Assembly: GCA_047947115.1 (NCBI GenBank)
Contig: CP170459.1
Span: forward strand, 5,376,001-5,440,000
Source of the DNA: Verrucomicrobiota bacterium
Lineage (GTDB): Bacteria; Verrucomicrobiota; Verrucomicrobiia; Limisphaerales; AAA164-E04
Direction of reading: 5' to 3'
Length of the DNA stretch: 64,000 nucleotides
Below, piece by piece: positions 19,567 through 28,533 of the stretch. Positions within the stretch are counted from its first letter, which is position 1, and every line of letters begins with the position of its first letter. The notes beneath the pieces are model-generated. The model did no database searches and was not told where the DNA came from. It worked only from the letters and a program-made list of their open reading frames with translations. Position numbers and translations under genes: made by a program.

Positions 19567-20601
19567 ATGAAACATTGCTCCCGTCGTGGTTTTCTCTCAA
19601 AAAGTGTCATTGCGGTCGCAGGAGGCGCCATGGCCAAGTCTGTCCAGACCAACGCTCAATCACATTCGAAGGTCGCTTCCGGCCGACCGGTGTTTGTTTC
19701 CACATGGGGTTTCGGCAAGCCGGCCAACGAGGCTTCGCTGCGGATCCATCAGGAAGGTGGGTCCATTCTGGACGCCATCGAAGCAGGTATCCGACTGACC
19801 GAAGCCGATGAAAGCAACGCCTCAGTAGGTTTCGGGGGGAAACCGGCCGCCAACGGCAAAGTCCAGCTCGACGCCTGCATCATGTATGGACCAGGCGCCA
19901 AAGCGGGCAGTGTGGGTGGTATCGAAGACATCAAACACCCCATCTCCGTTGCCCGAGCGGTCATGGAGAAAACTCCGCATGTCATGCTTGTTGGCCAGGG
20001 AGCCAAAGCTTTTGCCTTGGAGCAAGGCTTTGCTGCTGAAAATCTTTTGACCGCCAAACAGCGAAAAGAATGGCGGGAATGGCGCCGCGAGAAACGCAAG
20101 ATGGAAGCAGGCGAAAACAATCACGACACCATCGCATTGGTCGGCATTGATGCGGAGGGCACCCTGGCAGGCGGATGCTCCACCAGTGGACTGGCTTACA
20201 AAATACCAGGACGAGTCGGAGATTCCCCCATCCTTGGAAGTGGCCTTTACGTCGACAACGAAATCGGGGCGGCGGGAGCCACAGGCGTTGGTGAAAATGT
20301 CATGCGCTTTTGTGGTTCCTTCATGGTTGTGGAATACATGCGTCAGGGGCTCTCACCCGAAGACGCCTGCGCCGAAACCATCCGCCGCATCGCAAGGCTC
20401 GATGGCCGACCTATCGAAGATCTTCACATCAATTTTATCGCGGTTGACAAAAAAGGACGATTTGGAGCCGCCGGAACCGGCGACGGTTTCCCTTACGCCG
20501 TCACCTATCCCGGATACAGTGAAGTCTTGCAAAGCAAAGCACTCAGCAAGAAAGCGATCGGAATTGAGGGAGGCAACGCTCCCATTGAAGACCAGCAATA
20601 A
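19567..20601 (+). CDS. Glycosylasparaginase/isoaspartyl peptidase (asparaginase type 2, Ntn hydrolase), Tat-exported
   Basis: SRRGFL Tat motif, QLDACIM, HD|TI autoproteolysis site, STSGL..K.PGRVGDSP, ATGVGE. Confidence 0.9.
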   Translation: MKHCSRRGFLSKSVIAVAGGAMAKSVQTNAQSHSKVASGRPVFVSTWGFGKPANEASLRIHQEGGSILDAIEAGIRLTEADESNASVGFGGKPAANGKVQLDACIMYGPGAKAGSVGGIEDIKHPISVARAVMEKTPHVMLVGQGAKAFALEQGFAAENLLTAKQRKEWREWRREKRKMEAGENNHDTIALVGIDAEGTLAGGCSTSGLAYKIPGRVGDSPILGSGLYVDNEIGAAGATGVGENVMRFCGSFMVVEYMRQGLSPEDACAETIRRIARLDGRPIEDLHINFIAVDKKGRFGAAGTGDGFPYAVTYPGYSEVLQSKALSKKAIGIEGGNAPIEDQQ

Positions 20602-20639
20602 ACAACCAATACGTTCCCAACCACACGCTGATTCACATC

Positions 20640-21371
20640 ATGAGAATCAAGAAACTACTGTTGATTGATGCGGTCACCTGGGCCAGCGAATACCCTAAAA
20701 GGCATGCTCTTAAAAGTGTTCCAACCTGGTTCAAGAATGGTTTGGAGGATATGGAGCATTGCGAATTGAATGTTCTGCATATCGAGAAGAACCTCGACAA
20801 GGCATTTCAATCCGACCTGCATGGCGTCATCATTTCAGGCTCACCTCGCGATGCCTGGGACAATACTCCAACAAACGAAAGCCTGCTTATTTTCCTAAGA
20901 TCCTGCCTGCTTCACCGTATTCCGGTGCTGGGGGTCTGCTACGGACACCAAATGTTGGCAAGGTTCTTGAACGGAAATGTCCAGCGGCATCCAGAGGGGT
21001 TGCAACTCCTGAACGCCGAAATTGAACTCACAACCGCAGGAAGGGCTTGCCCGCTGTTTAAGAAAATGAAGTCCAAGTTCAACGCCATCAGCGGCCATGC
21101 GGATTATGTGGTCGAAACACCACCTCATTGCACCCGACTGGCCGGCAGTGAACTGACGGAAGTACAGTCATTCCAGTTTCAGAACCTGTTTTATGGAGTT
21201 CAATTCCATCCCGAATTTACCGCAGAGATTATCCGGTTCCTATGGACACCCCGGATCGATTCATGGAAAGACAAGGTGTCATTCGATCTGGCCGAACGTC
21301 TGGAGAAATTCAAAGATCCCGGTCCAACGCGCTTGATCCTTCAGAACTTTGTCAATCACTGTGTGCCCTGA
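20640..21371 (+). CDS. Class I glutamine amidotransferase-like protein (putative gamma-glutamyl amide hydrolase)
   Basis: IISGSP, LGVCYGHQ (nucleophile Cys), GVQFHPE (His-x-Glu). Confidence 0.85.
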   Translation: MRIKKLLLIDAVTWASEYPKRHALKSVPTWFKNGLEDMEHCELNVLHIEKNLDKAFQSDLHGVIISGSPRDAWDNTPTNESLLIFLRSCLLHRIPVLGVCYGHQMLARFLNGNVQRHPEGLQLLNAEIELTTAGRACPLFKKMKSKFNAISGHADYVVETPPHCTRLAGSELTEVQSFQFQNLFYGVQFHPEFTAEIIRFLWTPRIDSWKDKVSFDLAERLEKFKDPGPTRLILQNFVNHCVP

Positions 21372-21383
21372 AAATTTTAATCT

Positions 21384-22547
21384 ATGATACAACCATCTTC
21401 TTTCTCATTCCCCACCCCGATTCAGTATGGCCCGGGAATCCTTACCGAACTGGGTTCAGTTCTGGATCGTTTGAACATCAGCAAGCCACTTGTCATCTGC
21501 GATCGCTTCCTTCCGGAAACAGACGCATTTGCCAGATTCCGTCAAGCCATTGACAAGGCATCCGGAATTGATTCATTCGAAGTGTTCAAGGACGTACACC
21601 CGAACCCTATCGAGGCAGACGTCAAAGGCGCGGTCGAGGTCTATCAAGAAGGTTCATGCGACGGCATCATCGGCCTGGGCGGAGGCAGCGCCCTGGACGT
21701 TGCCAAAGTGTGTCGATTGAACATTCAACGACCGGATTTTCGCCTGGAAGACAACGAAGGTTTATTTGCCGAATCCTGGGACAAGCTACCGCCTTTTGTG
21801 GCCATCCCGACCACATCGGGTACCGGAAGCGAAATCGGTCGCAGCAGTGTGATCACACTGGATCATACGAAGGCCAAGTCCGTCATTTTCCATCCCAAAC
21901 TCCTGGCGGATCAGGTGATCCTGGATCCCGAGGTAACCCTGTCCCTTCCGCCACACCTCACCGCCGCAACCGGGCTGGACGCATTAACACACTGCATTGA
22001 GTCCTACACATCACCTGTCCTGCAACCACTCTGCGACGGCATTGCTCTGGAAGGCATCCATCTCATTGCCAAACACCTGGTGACCGCGGTCAATGACGGC
22101 ACTCAGATCGAATCCCGTGGGGGGATGCAATTGGCCGCCTTGATGGGCGGCATTGCGTTCCAGAAAGACCTCGGCTCCACTCACTCCATGGCTCATCCAT
22201 TGTCCAACCTGTGTCACCTGCATCATGGTTTGGCTAATGCGCTATGTCTGCCGGCTGTCATGCAATGGAACGCCGAACGAAAACCCGGTTTATACCGACG
22301 CGTCGCCGTTGCAGCCGGACTGGACGCCGTCAAAATCGGAGATCAAGCGGCAGATCAATTGGCACTTCATTGGGTGGAGGAACTGATCCGGGAGACAGGC
22401 ATCCAGATGGGACTATCAAACCACGGTGTGGAAGCATCCCACGTCGAACCATTGTCCGATCTGGCCATCAAGGATTCCTGTCATCAAACCAACCCCGTCC
22501 CCATGCAGCGGGAAGATTTTGTGAAACTTTATCAATCAGCACTATGA
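21384..22547 (+). CDS. Iron-containing alcohol dehydrogenase
   Basis: GGGSALDVAK, IPTTSGTGSE, DALTHCIE, HSMAH, HHG.ANA. Confidence 0.93.
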   Translation: MIQPSSFSFPTPIQYGPGILTELGSVLDRLNISKPLVICDRFLPETDAFARFRQAIDKASGIDSFEVFKDVHPNPIEADVKGAVEVYQEGSCDGIIGLGGGSALDVAKVCRLNIQRPDFRLEDNEGLFAESWDKLPPFVAIPTTSGTGSEIGRSSVITLDHTKAKSVIFHPKLLADQVILDPEVTLSLPPHLTAATGLDALTHCIESYTSPVLQPLCDGIALEGIHLIAKHLVTAVNDGTQIESRGGMQLAALMGGIAFQKDLGSTHSMAHPLSNLCHLHHGLANALCLPAVMQWNAERKPGLYRRVAVAAGLDAVKIGDQAADQLALHWVEELIRETGIQMGLSNHGVEASHVEPLSDLAIKDSCHQTNPVPMQREDFVKLYQSAL

Positions 22548-23980
22548 AAGCATTGATCACCGATCCGTTCATCAACGGACGCAGCCTGGAACCCAAGGAA
22601 AGCAATCTCTTCGTCCAAACCAACCCCGCCAACGAAGAAGATTTCGCAGAAATACAGGCGGCCGGGCTGGGTGAACTGGAAATCGCCATTGAAGGAGCGC
22701 AACAGGCCTTTGAAAAAGTCTGGAGTCAATGCACTCCAAACCAACGAGCCAACAATCTTTTCGCCATCGCCCGCGCCATTCGCAACGACAAAGACACCCT
22801 GGCTCGGTGGGAAACCCAGAACATTGGGAAACCCATTCAGGATGCACGGGATGAAATCGAACTCGGAGCCCGCATCTTCGAATACTACGCAGGGGCGGTC
22901 GGCAAGTACTTCGGCCACACGATTCCAGTCTCCCGAAAAGGACTCAACATGACACTTCGCGAACCCTTGGGTGTCGTCGGAGCCATTGTTCCCTGGAACT
23001 TCCCGTTCCCCATCGCCTGCTGGAAAGTGGCCCCCGCTCTGGCCGCAGGCAATACAGTTATATTAAAACCATCGTCACTGTCGCCGATCACTGCGCTGAG
23101 CCTGGGGCAACTGGCCATCGAAGCAGGGCTGCCCCCCGGCATTCTGCAGGTTGTCCCCGGCCGTGGCGGTTTGATCGGCGAAGCCATGACCAGGCACCCG
23201 CTCGTGAAAAAGATTTCCTTCACCGGTTCCACCCAGAGCGGCGCACGCATCATGGAACTGGCCGCCCCCGGCATCAAACGCATATCCTTGGAACTAGGCG
23301 GCAAATCCCCCAACATCGTTTTCGCCGACGCAGACCTGGATCAAGCCGCCGCCGAATCACCGTTGAGCGTCTTTGCCAATGCTGGACAAGATTGCTGTGC
23401 ACGCAGCCGTGTGTTTGTGGAGGACTCCGTTTTCGACGAGTTCGTGGAGCGTTTCATAGCGGCCACGAGGGAAATCCGAGTGGACGATCCAACACTCTCA
23501 GTCACCCAGATAGGTCCAATGATTTCCAAAAGCCAACGCGAGAACGCTGAAAAGTTCATTCAGAGCGCACGCGCCGCCGGCCGAACCATCGCTTGTGGAG
23601 GGGACCGCCCTTTCGAACGCGGATTCTTCCTGAACCCTACCGTCATTCTGGAACCTGAACCCACCGATCCATGTTGGACGGATGAAATTTTCGGCCCGGT
23701 CGTTTGCATTCGACGGTTCACAAACGAAGACGCCATGATCCAAGAAGTCAATGACACTCCCTACGGGCTGAGCGGATCGATCTGGACCAACCACCTCAAC
23801 CGCGCCTTGCGGGTGGCCCGAAAAGTGGAAAGCGGTGTGTTGAGCATCAACACCCATTCCAGCGTGCACATCGAAGCACCCTTTGGCGGTTACAAACAAA
23901 GCGGCATCGGACGCGACCTCGGCATGCACGCTCTGGACGGTTACTCCGAAGTCAAAAATATCTTTATCGCAGAATCCTGA
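22544..23980 (+). CDS. NAD-dependent aldehyde dehydrogenase
   Basis: PWNFP, KPS, FTGST, LELGGKSP, NAGQDC, EIFGPV, PFGGYKQSGIGR. Start at ATG 22544 overlaps the ADH stop (ATGA). Confidence 0.94.
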   Translation: MKALITDPFINGRSLEPKESNLFVQTNPANEEDFAEIQAAGLGELEIAIEGAQQAFEKVWSQCTPNQRANNLFAIARAIRNDKDTLARWETQNIGKPIQDARDEIELGARIFEYYAGAVGKYFGHTIPVSRKGLNMTLREPLGVVGAIVPWNFPFPIACWKVAPALAAGNTVILKPSSLSPITALSLGQLAIEAGLPPGILQVVPGRGGLIGEAMTRHPLVKKISFTGSTQSGARIMELAAPGIKRISLELGGKSPNIVFADADLDQAAAESPLSVFANAGQDCCARSRVFVEDSVFDEFVERFIAATREIRVDDPTLSVTQIGPMISKSQRENAEKFIQSARAAGRTIACGGDRPFERGFFLNPTVILEPEPTDPCWTDEIFGPVVCIRRFTNEDAMIQEVNDTPYGLSGSIWTNHLNRALRVARKVESGVLSINTHSSVHIEAPFGGYKQSGIGRDLGMHALDGYSEVKNIFIAES

Positions 23981-23991
23981 CCCAATCCCTT

Positions 23992-25338
23992 ATGGACGCC
24001 AAAACACTGAAATCAAAAATCGCCAAAGGAGAAATCGATACGGTTATCGTGGCCTTCCCGGACGCTATCGGACGTTTGGTCGGCAAACGATTCACCGGAA
24101 CCTACTACCAAAACCAGGTGGCGGATCAGGGCACCCATGGATGCAATTACCTCCTGGCGGTCAACATGGAAATGGATCCGCAAGACGGATTCAAAGTGGC
24201 CAACTGGGAAAGCGGATTCGGTGATTTTGAAATGCGACCGGATGGCAAAAGTGTCAAGATCCTCACCTGGCAAGCGGGAACGGCCATGGTCATCTGCGAC
24301 TATGCACATCACGACGGCACACTCGTGGCGGAAGCGCCACGTTCGGTGTTGAGAAAACAACTGGACGCCCTCGCCAAAACAAAAATCAAAGCCTTCATGG
24401 CCAGCGAACTGGAATTCCTGCTCTTCGACCAGACCTATTCCGAAGCGTTCGAAGCAAATTATCACGGGCTCAAACCATCGAGCGATTACCGCATCGATTA
24501 CCATATTTTACAGCCGGGTCGTGATGAAACCATCCTGAGATCCATCCGCAACGAACTCACCGCATCAGGCATCCCGGTGGAATGCAGCAAAGGCGAATGG
24601 AGTCGGGGACAGCACGAGGTCAATGTTGAATACACCGAGGCGCTGGAAATGGCGGACCGCCATGTCCTGTTCAAGCAGGCGATCAAGGAAATCGCTCATC
24701 GAGAAGGCAAATCAGCCAGCTTCATTCCCAAGTTTGCCGAAGAGGAAGCAGGCAACAGTTGTCACATCCATATCTCACTCCAGAAAGACGGAAAAAACAT
24801 CTTCTGGGACACCATGAAGAATGGACCCAGCAAGATGTTTCGTCAATTCCTGGGCGGGCTGCTGAAATACAGTCCGGAACTGTGCCTGTTCTTCGCCCCG
24901 ACGATCAATGCCTATAAACGCTATCAATCCGGCAGTTGGGCCCCCACCAAAATGGCCTGGTCCATGGACAATCGCACGGTCGGTTTCCGGATAGTGGGGC
25001 ACGGCCCCTCCTTCCGCATCGAAAATCGCATGCCCGGAGCCGATGCCAATCCATACCTGGCATTCGCAGCCATGATTGCAGCCGGGCTGGCGGGTGTGGA
25101 AGAAAAACTCGACTGCCCTCCAGCATATGATGGCAACGCCTACACCGATGAGAAGCTACCCGCACTACCCACCTCCTTGGAAGAAGCCACCCTTCTTCTG
25201 AATAAAAGCAAACTGGCTCGAAGAGTTTTTGGAGAGGAGGTCGTGGACTTCTATGTCCGTACTGCCGAGTTGGAAGTCAAAGCTTTCACCAGCACGGTCA
25301 CTGATTGGGAACGTAAAAGATACTTCGAACGCATCTGA
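23992..25338 (+). CDS. Glutamine synthetase-like gamma-glutamyl-amine ligase (PuuA/GlnA4 type)
   Basis: D..GRLVGKR, ASELEF, KGEWSRGQHEVN, GNSCHIHISL, NAYKRY, DNRTVGFR, RIENRMPGADANPYLA. Clustered with GATase, ADH and ALDH. Confidence 0.88.
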   Translation: MDAKTLKSKIAKGEIDTVIVAFPDAIGRLVGKRFTGTYYQNQVADQGTHGCNYLLAVNMEMDPQDGFKVANWESGFGDFEMRPDGKSVKILTWQAGTAMVICDYAHHDGTLVAEAPRSVLRKQLDALAKTKIKAFMASELEFLLFDQTYSEAFEANYHGLKPSSDYRIDYHILQPGRDETILRSIRNELTASGIPVECSKGEWSRGQHEVNVEYTEALEMADRHVLFKQAIKEIAHREGKSASFIPKFAEEEAGNSCHIHISLQKDGKNIFWDTMKNGPSKMFRQFLGGLLKYSPELCLFFAPTINAYKRYQSGSWAPTKMAWSMDNRTVGFRIVGHGPSFRIENRMPGADANPYLAFAAMIAAGLAGVEEKLDCPPAYDGNAYTDEKLPALPTSLEEATLLLNKSKLARRVFGEEVVDFYVRTAELEVKAFTSTVTDWERKRYFERI

Positions 25339-25354
25339 TATTGAGCGGCCAACT

Positions 25355-26098
25355 CATGCCTGAGCCACGGACCCTGCCAGCGGAAGAAGGCTGTTGGACA
25401 CTCCCACAAGAGATTCCTGTTACAACTGCCACCCCGAACAGCACATCCCGTTTCTTAGCGGCGTCATGGGGACGTCCATTGGTGAGAAAGGGGTGCATTC
25501 CATGGAATGCCAAAGTTGCCATGGTTCGATGCTGGATGTCGGAGATGAAGCCAGAACAGGTTGGCGAGACGTACCGAGCTGTGCCTCCTGCCATACCGGT
25601 TCCGGATGAAAAACAAAGGATTGCTACGTTACAAGGATGTGCACGAAGCCGATGGAAGCATTCGCCATCCTGTTGACAATACATTTGCTGAATGCCAGTG
25701 ATTCAGATCGGGATCCAATGAGCCTTAGCATCGTCCAGCAACCCACGCACGGAACAGTTTCCCCTTCTGATAATGCAGCCACCCATCATGCGGATCTGCA
25801 TTATGCCGGACCAGATTCGTTCACTTATGCCGCCTGGGATGGAGACACCAATTCAAATCTGGGAAAAGCATCATTCACGGTTTCTGATGGCACAGGGTCA
25901 CTGAGCACATCAGCCATGGCTCCGGCTGTGGCTTTACTGGGATCAAACACTCCATTCCGAGCGAGTGGAACGCGGGGTGGACACTCTGAATCATTCCTTC
26001 TGTCTTGGGCAATGAACGAAGTGTCACACTGCCAAGCGAACTCAAATCGGAGTTTTTCAGGCTACACCAACCCTAAACTTCAGCTTAATCCTCATTGA
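25355..26098 (+). pseudogene. Fragmented multiheme c-type cytochrome with Ig-like (Big_9/cadherin-like) domain
   Basis: One frame reads HA*ATDPASGRRLLDTPTRDSCYNCH...ECQSCHG...SCASCHTGSG* (three CxxCH between stops at 25361 and 25607). Another frame has ASDSDRDPMSLSIVQQPTHGTVS...YAGPDSFTYAAWDG. No N-terminus or signal peptide. Confidence 0.75.
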
Positions 26099-26504
26099 AA
26101 TATCTGACGGATTCCAACACACCGTCCGGACGGAATATCATTCGCACAGATCGATCAGGAAAATGTATATCCGCACGGTAACCTTCATAGTAGCGGGTGC
26201 GGCCGAGTTGGCTGGAATAAGGATAGTAAGGGTAGCTGTAATTGTCCTGATACCCGATGACCTCATAGCGTGGCACGGTGGTCCCTTTTTGAACCATCCA
26301 CTCTGCCACCTTGGCGCCGTCCGATAAGGTTTCAACCTTGTCGGCAGGCCCCATGTCCTTGACCACGTCGTTGTAGGTCCATTGGCCGACTCTGGAATCC
26401 CAATCAATCTTGGGTGAGGTTTGGCATCCGCTTGTGAAAAAGCCGCACAACAATACGACCAGAAATGTTTTCAAACACAAACCCACCATGTTGAGGCGTT
26501 GCAT
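26085..26504 (-). CDS. Hypothetical lipoprotein
   Basis: Hydrophobic stretch ending in the lipobox-like FTSGC, followed by WDSRVG..TY.DVV..MGP. Start uncertain. Confidence 0.65.
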   Translation of the reverse strand: MQRLNMVGLCLKTFLVVLLCGFFTSGCQTSPKIDWDSRVGQWTYNDVVKDMGPADKVETLSDGAKVAEWMVQKGTTVPRYEVIGYQDNYSYPYYPYSSQLGRTRYYEGYRADIHFPDRSVRMIFRPDGVLESVRYFNED

Positions 26505-26728
26505 AAGGGTATTGTACACCTGTGCTGATCTTTTGACAAACCTACCTTTTGAAGGTGAGAAGATGGATAAAGCACCTTCACTCACCATTCAAAATTCAAA
26601 ATTCCTTGTCCCCTTCCCCTTTTCCTTTTCGCTATGGAAATGGTTGAGATGGCATGTGACGACAGAGAGGGCCGGCAGGATTTTCGGTTTTCAAGTCGGT
26701 CATCCTTGGTTAGCTTCGACCCACAATT

Positions 26729-27904
26729 ATGACGGGAGCCTTAGATCCATTACGCTGGCTGCATCGGGGATTTATATTCCTGTTGTTTGGTGCGTATGTG
26801 TTGGCCTCGATCCTGCCCGCGCCGGGTGTGTGGATGAAATCCATTTCGTGGAACTCAATTCCCGTGATTGGCAAGTCCTTGACGACCAGCCTTCTGATGC
26901 TGGCAGTCCTGCTTTTCAACGCGGGATTATTCGTTGATAAAGAACACCTGACCGCACTGAAACGGAGACCGATGCTGTCAGTAGCCGGCATGTTGGGCAA
27001 AGGATTCCTGGCAATAAGTTGGATCGGGGTTTTGCTTCTAGCCTTGTGGGCGAGCCCCTCGATGAGTTCAAAAACTCTGTGGATCTCCATGTTGGCGGGT
27101 TTTGCCATCGTATCCATCATGCCGACGGCCACCTCCTCAACGGCCTGGGCTCAACAATCCAACGCCAACCTGGCGCTCAGCCTAGGTTTGTTGTTGATCA
27201 GCACGATGCTGGCACCGGCAACTATCCCGGTCATGAAATGGATCACGTCCCATTTGCCCCCGGAACTCAATTCCGATCGGACCATGGAATCCGCGAATTT
27301 ATTTGATGTGGGCTTTCTGGCAACCTGGATCCTGATTCCCATCCTGCTGGGGCTCTTGACTCAGGCCTGTTTGAAACGGGCGGGAACCCTTAGGATCCGT
27401 CCCTGGTTGAGAACCATCAATGCCATCAATCTGCTCCTTCTTAATTATATGCACGGCGCATCGTTCCTTCCACAGTGCCTGCACCCATTCCAACCTGGAA
27501 TCCTGGGTTCCATGCTGATCGGGGTATTGGCCTGTTGTATGACGGCGTTCGGTGTGGGCAGTCTGGTGGGACGTCTTTCAAAAGCGCCGGATCGTGAACG
27601 TCTGGCCCTCATGTTTGGCACTGGTATGAACAACAACGGCATGGCACTCGTCCTGGCATCTCATTTTCTGGGCGAAGCCAGCTGGATAGGTCTGACCATT
27701 GCTCTTTGCACCTTCGGGCAACATGTGGTGGCAGCCCTTACGCAGAACTTATACGGTTGCCTTACCATCGAACCGGGAGTTTCCGAAAACCCGAACCGAC
27801 TTGAAACGAAACACAATTCATCCGTCGATCAAAACGCTTCCTCCATGGAACAACAACCAGACATAATCTCCTCCGAATCCCAATCGGTTCGCCCCCGACC
27901 ATGA
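26729..27904 (+). CDS. Bile acid:sodium symporter (BASS/SBF-like) transporter
   Basis: About 9-10 hydrophobic helices, MPTATSSTAW, N.ALSLGL...ST.LAP, FGTGMNNNG.ALVLA. Confidence 0.75.
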   Translation: MTGALDPLRWLHRGFIFLLFGAYVLASILPAPGVWMKSISWNSIPVIGKSLTTSLLMLAVLLFNAGLFVDKEHLTALKRRPMLSVAGMLGKGFLAISWIGVLLLALWASPSMSSKTLWISMLAGFAIVSIMPTATSSTAWAQQSNANLALSLGLLLISTMLAPATIPVMKWITSHLPPELNSDRTMESANLFDVGFLATWILIPILLGLLTQACLKRAGTLRIRPWLRTINAINLLLLNYMHGASFLPQCLHPFQPGILGSMLIGVLACCMTAFGVGSLVGRLSKAPDRERLALMFGTGMNNNGMALVLASHFLGEASWIGLTIALCTFGQHVVAALTQNLYGCLTIEPGVSENPNRLETKHNSSVDQNASSMEQQPDIISSESQSVRPRP

Positions 27905-28533
27905 AAAACGACCGCCCCGATCACACCACGCAGATTCAGGCACTGATCGATCGATTGATGGCCGGGGATGAATCGGCGCGTGCTGAATTGGTCCAGTGCA
28001 CCTGGGATCGATTGCTTCGCTTGACGCACCATATTTCCATGGATTTTCCACCGGTGCGGCGTTGGGAACAAACCGATGACATTTTTCAGAACGCATCGAT
28101 TCGCATCTGGAAAGCACTGGAAAAAGTGCCACTGCAAAACGCCCGTCATTTTTTACGACTGGCGGCCGAGAAAATCCGGTTTGAGCTGATCGATCTGGCG
28201 CGTCATTACCAGGGTCCTATGGGACAAGGCCGGAATCACCAGACACAGTCACCGGCTCGAGCATCCCAGACATCGCACCCGACACCGATTGACAAAGCAG
28301 CTGCAAAAGACGACCCCAGCCAGGCAGCCCAGTGGTCGGACATACACACCCAGGTGGAGAAACTTCCGGACGAACTCAAGGAAGTATTTGACCTGCTCTG
28401 GTATCACGACCTTCAACAAAAGGAAGTGGCCGACATGCTCGGCGTCGACGTGCGCACCGTCAAACGCCGTTGGCGACAAGCGCGGCTCCAACTTCAAACA
28501 CTTTTGACAGACACGCCTACAACGCATCCATGA
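27901..28533 (+). CDS. ECF sigma factor (planctomycete-like, kinase-associated)
   Basis: Sigma2 GDESARAELV...RRWEQTDDIFQ...ELIDLARHY; sigma4 LPDELKEVFDLLWY..L.QKEVADMLGVDVRTVKRRWRQAR. ATGA overlaps with both neighbours. Confidence 0.88.
   Translation: MKNDRPDHTTQIQALIDRLMAGDESARAELVQCTWDRLLRLTHHISMDFPPVRRWEQTDDIFQNASIRIWKALEKVPLQNARHFLRLAAEKIRFELIDLARHYQGPMGQGRNHQTQSPARASQTSHPTPIDKAAAKDDPSQAAQWSDIHTQVEKLPDELKEVFDLLWYHDLQQKEVADMLGVDVRTVKRRWRQARLQLQTLLTDTPTTHP

Noticed and set aside
22244..22543. N-terminal extensions in the ORF track (ALDH 22244, ligase 50222, kinase 58912, prepilin 56778, selenoprotein 44770)
   Set aside because: Most overlap neighbouring genes, none has family features, and better starts with ATGA coupling or signal peptides lie downstream.
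23992..25338. Calling this gene glnA
   Set aside because: Sequence features and operon context fit gamma-glutamyl-amine ligases better than biosynthetic glutamine synthetase.
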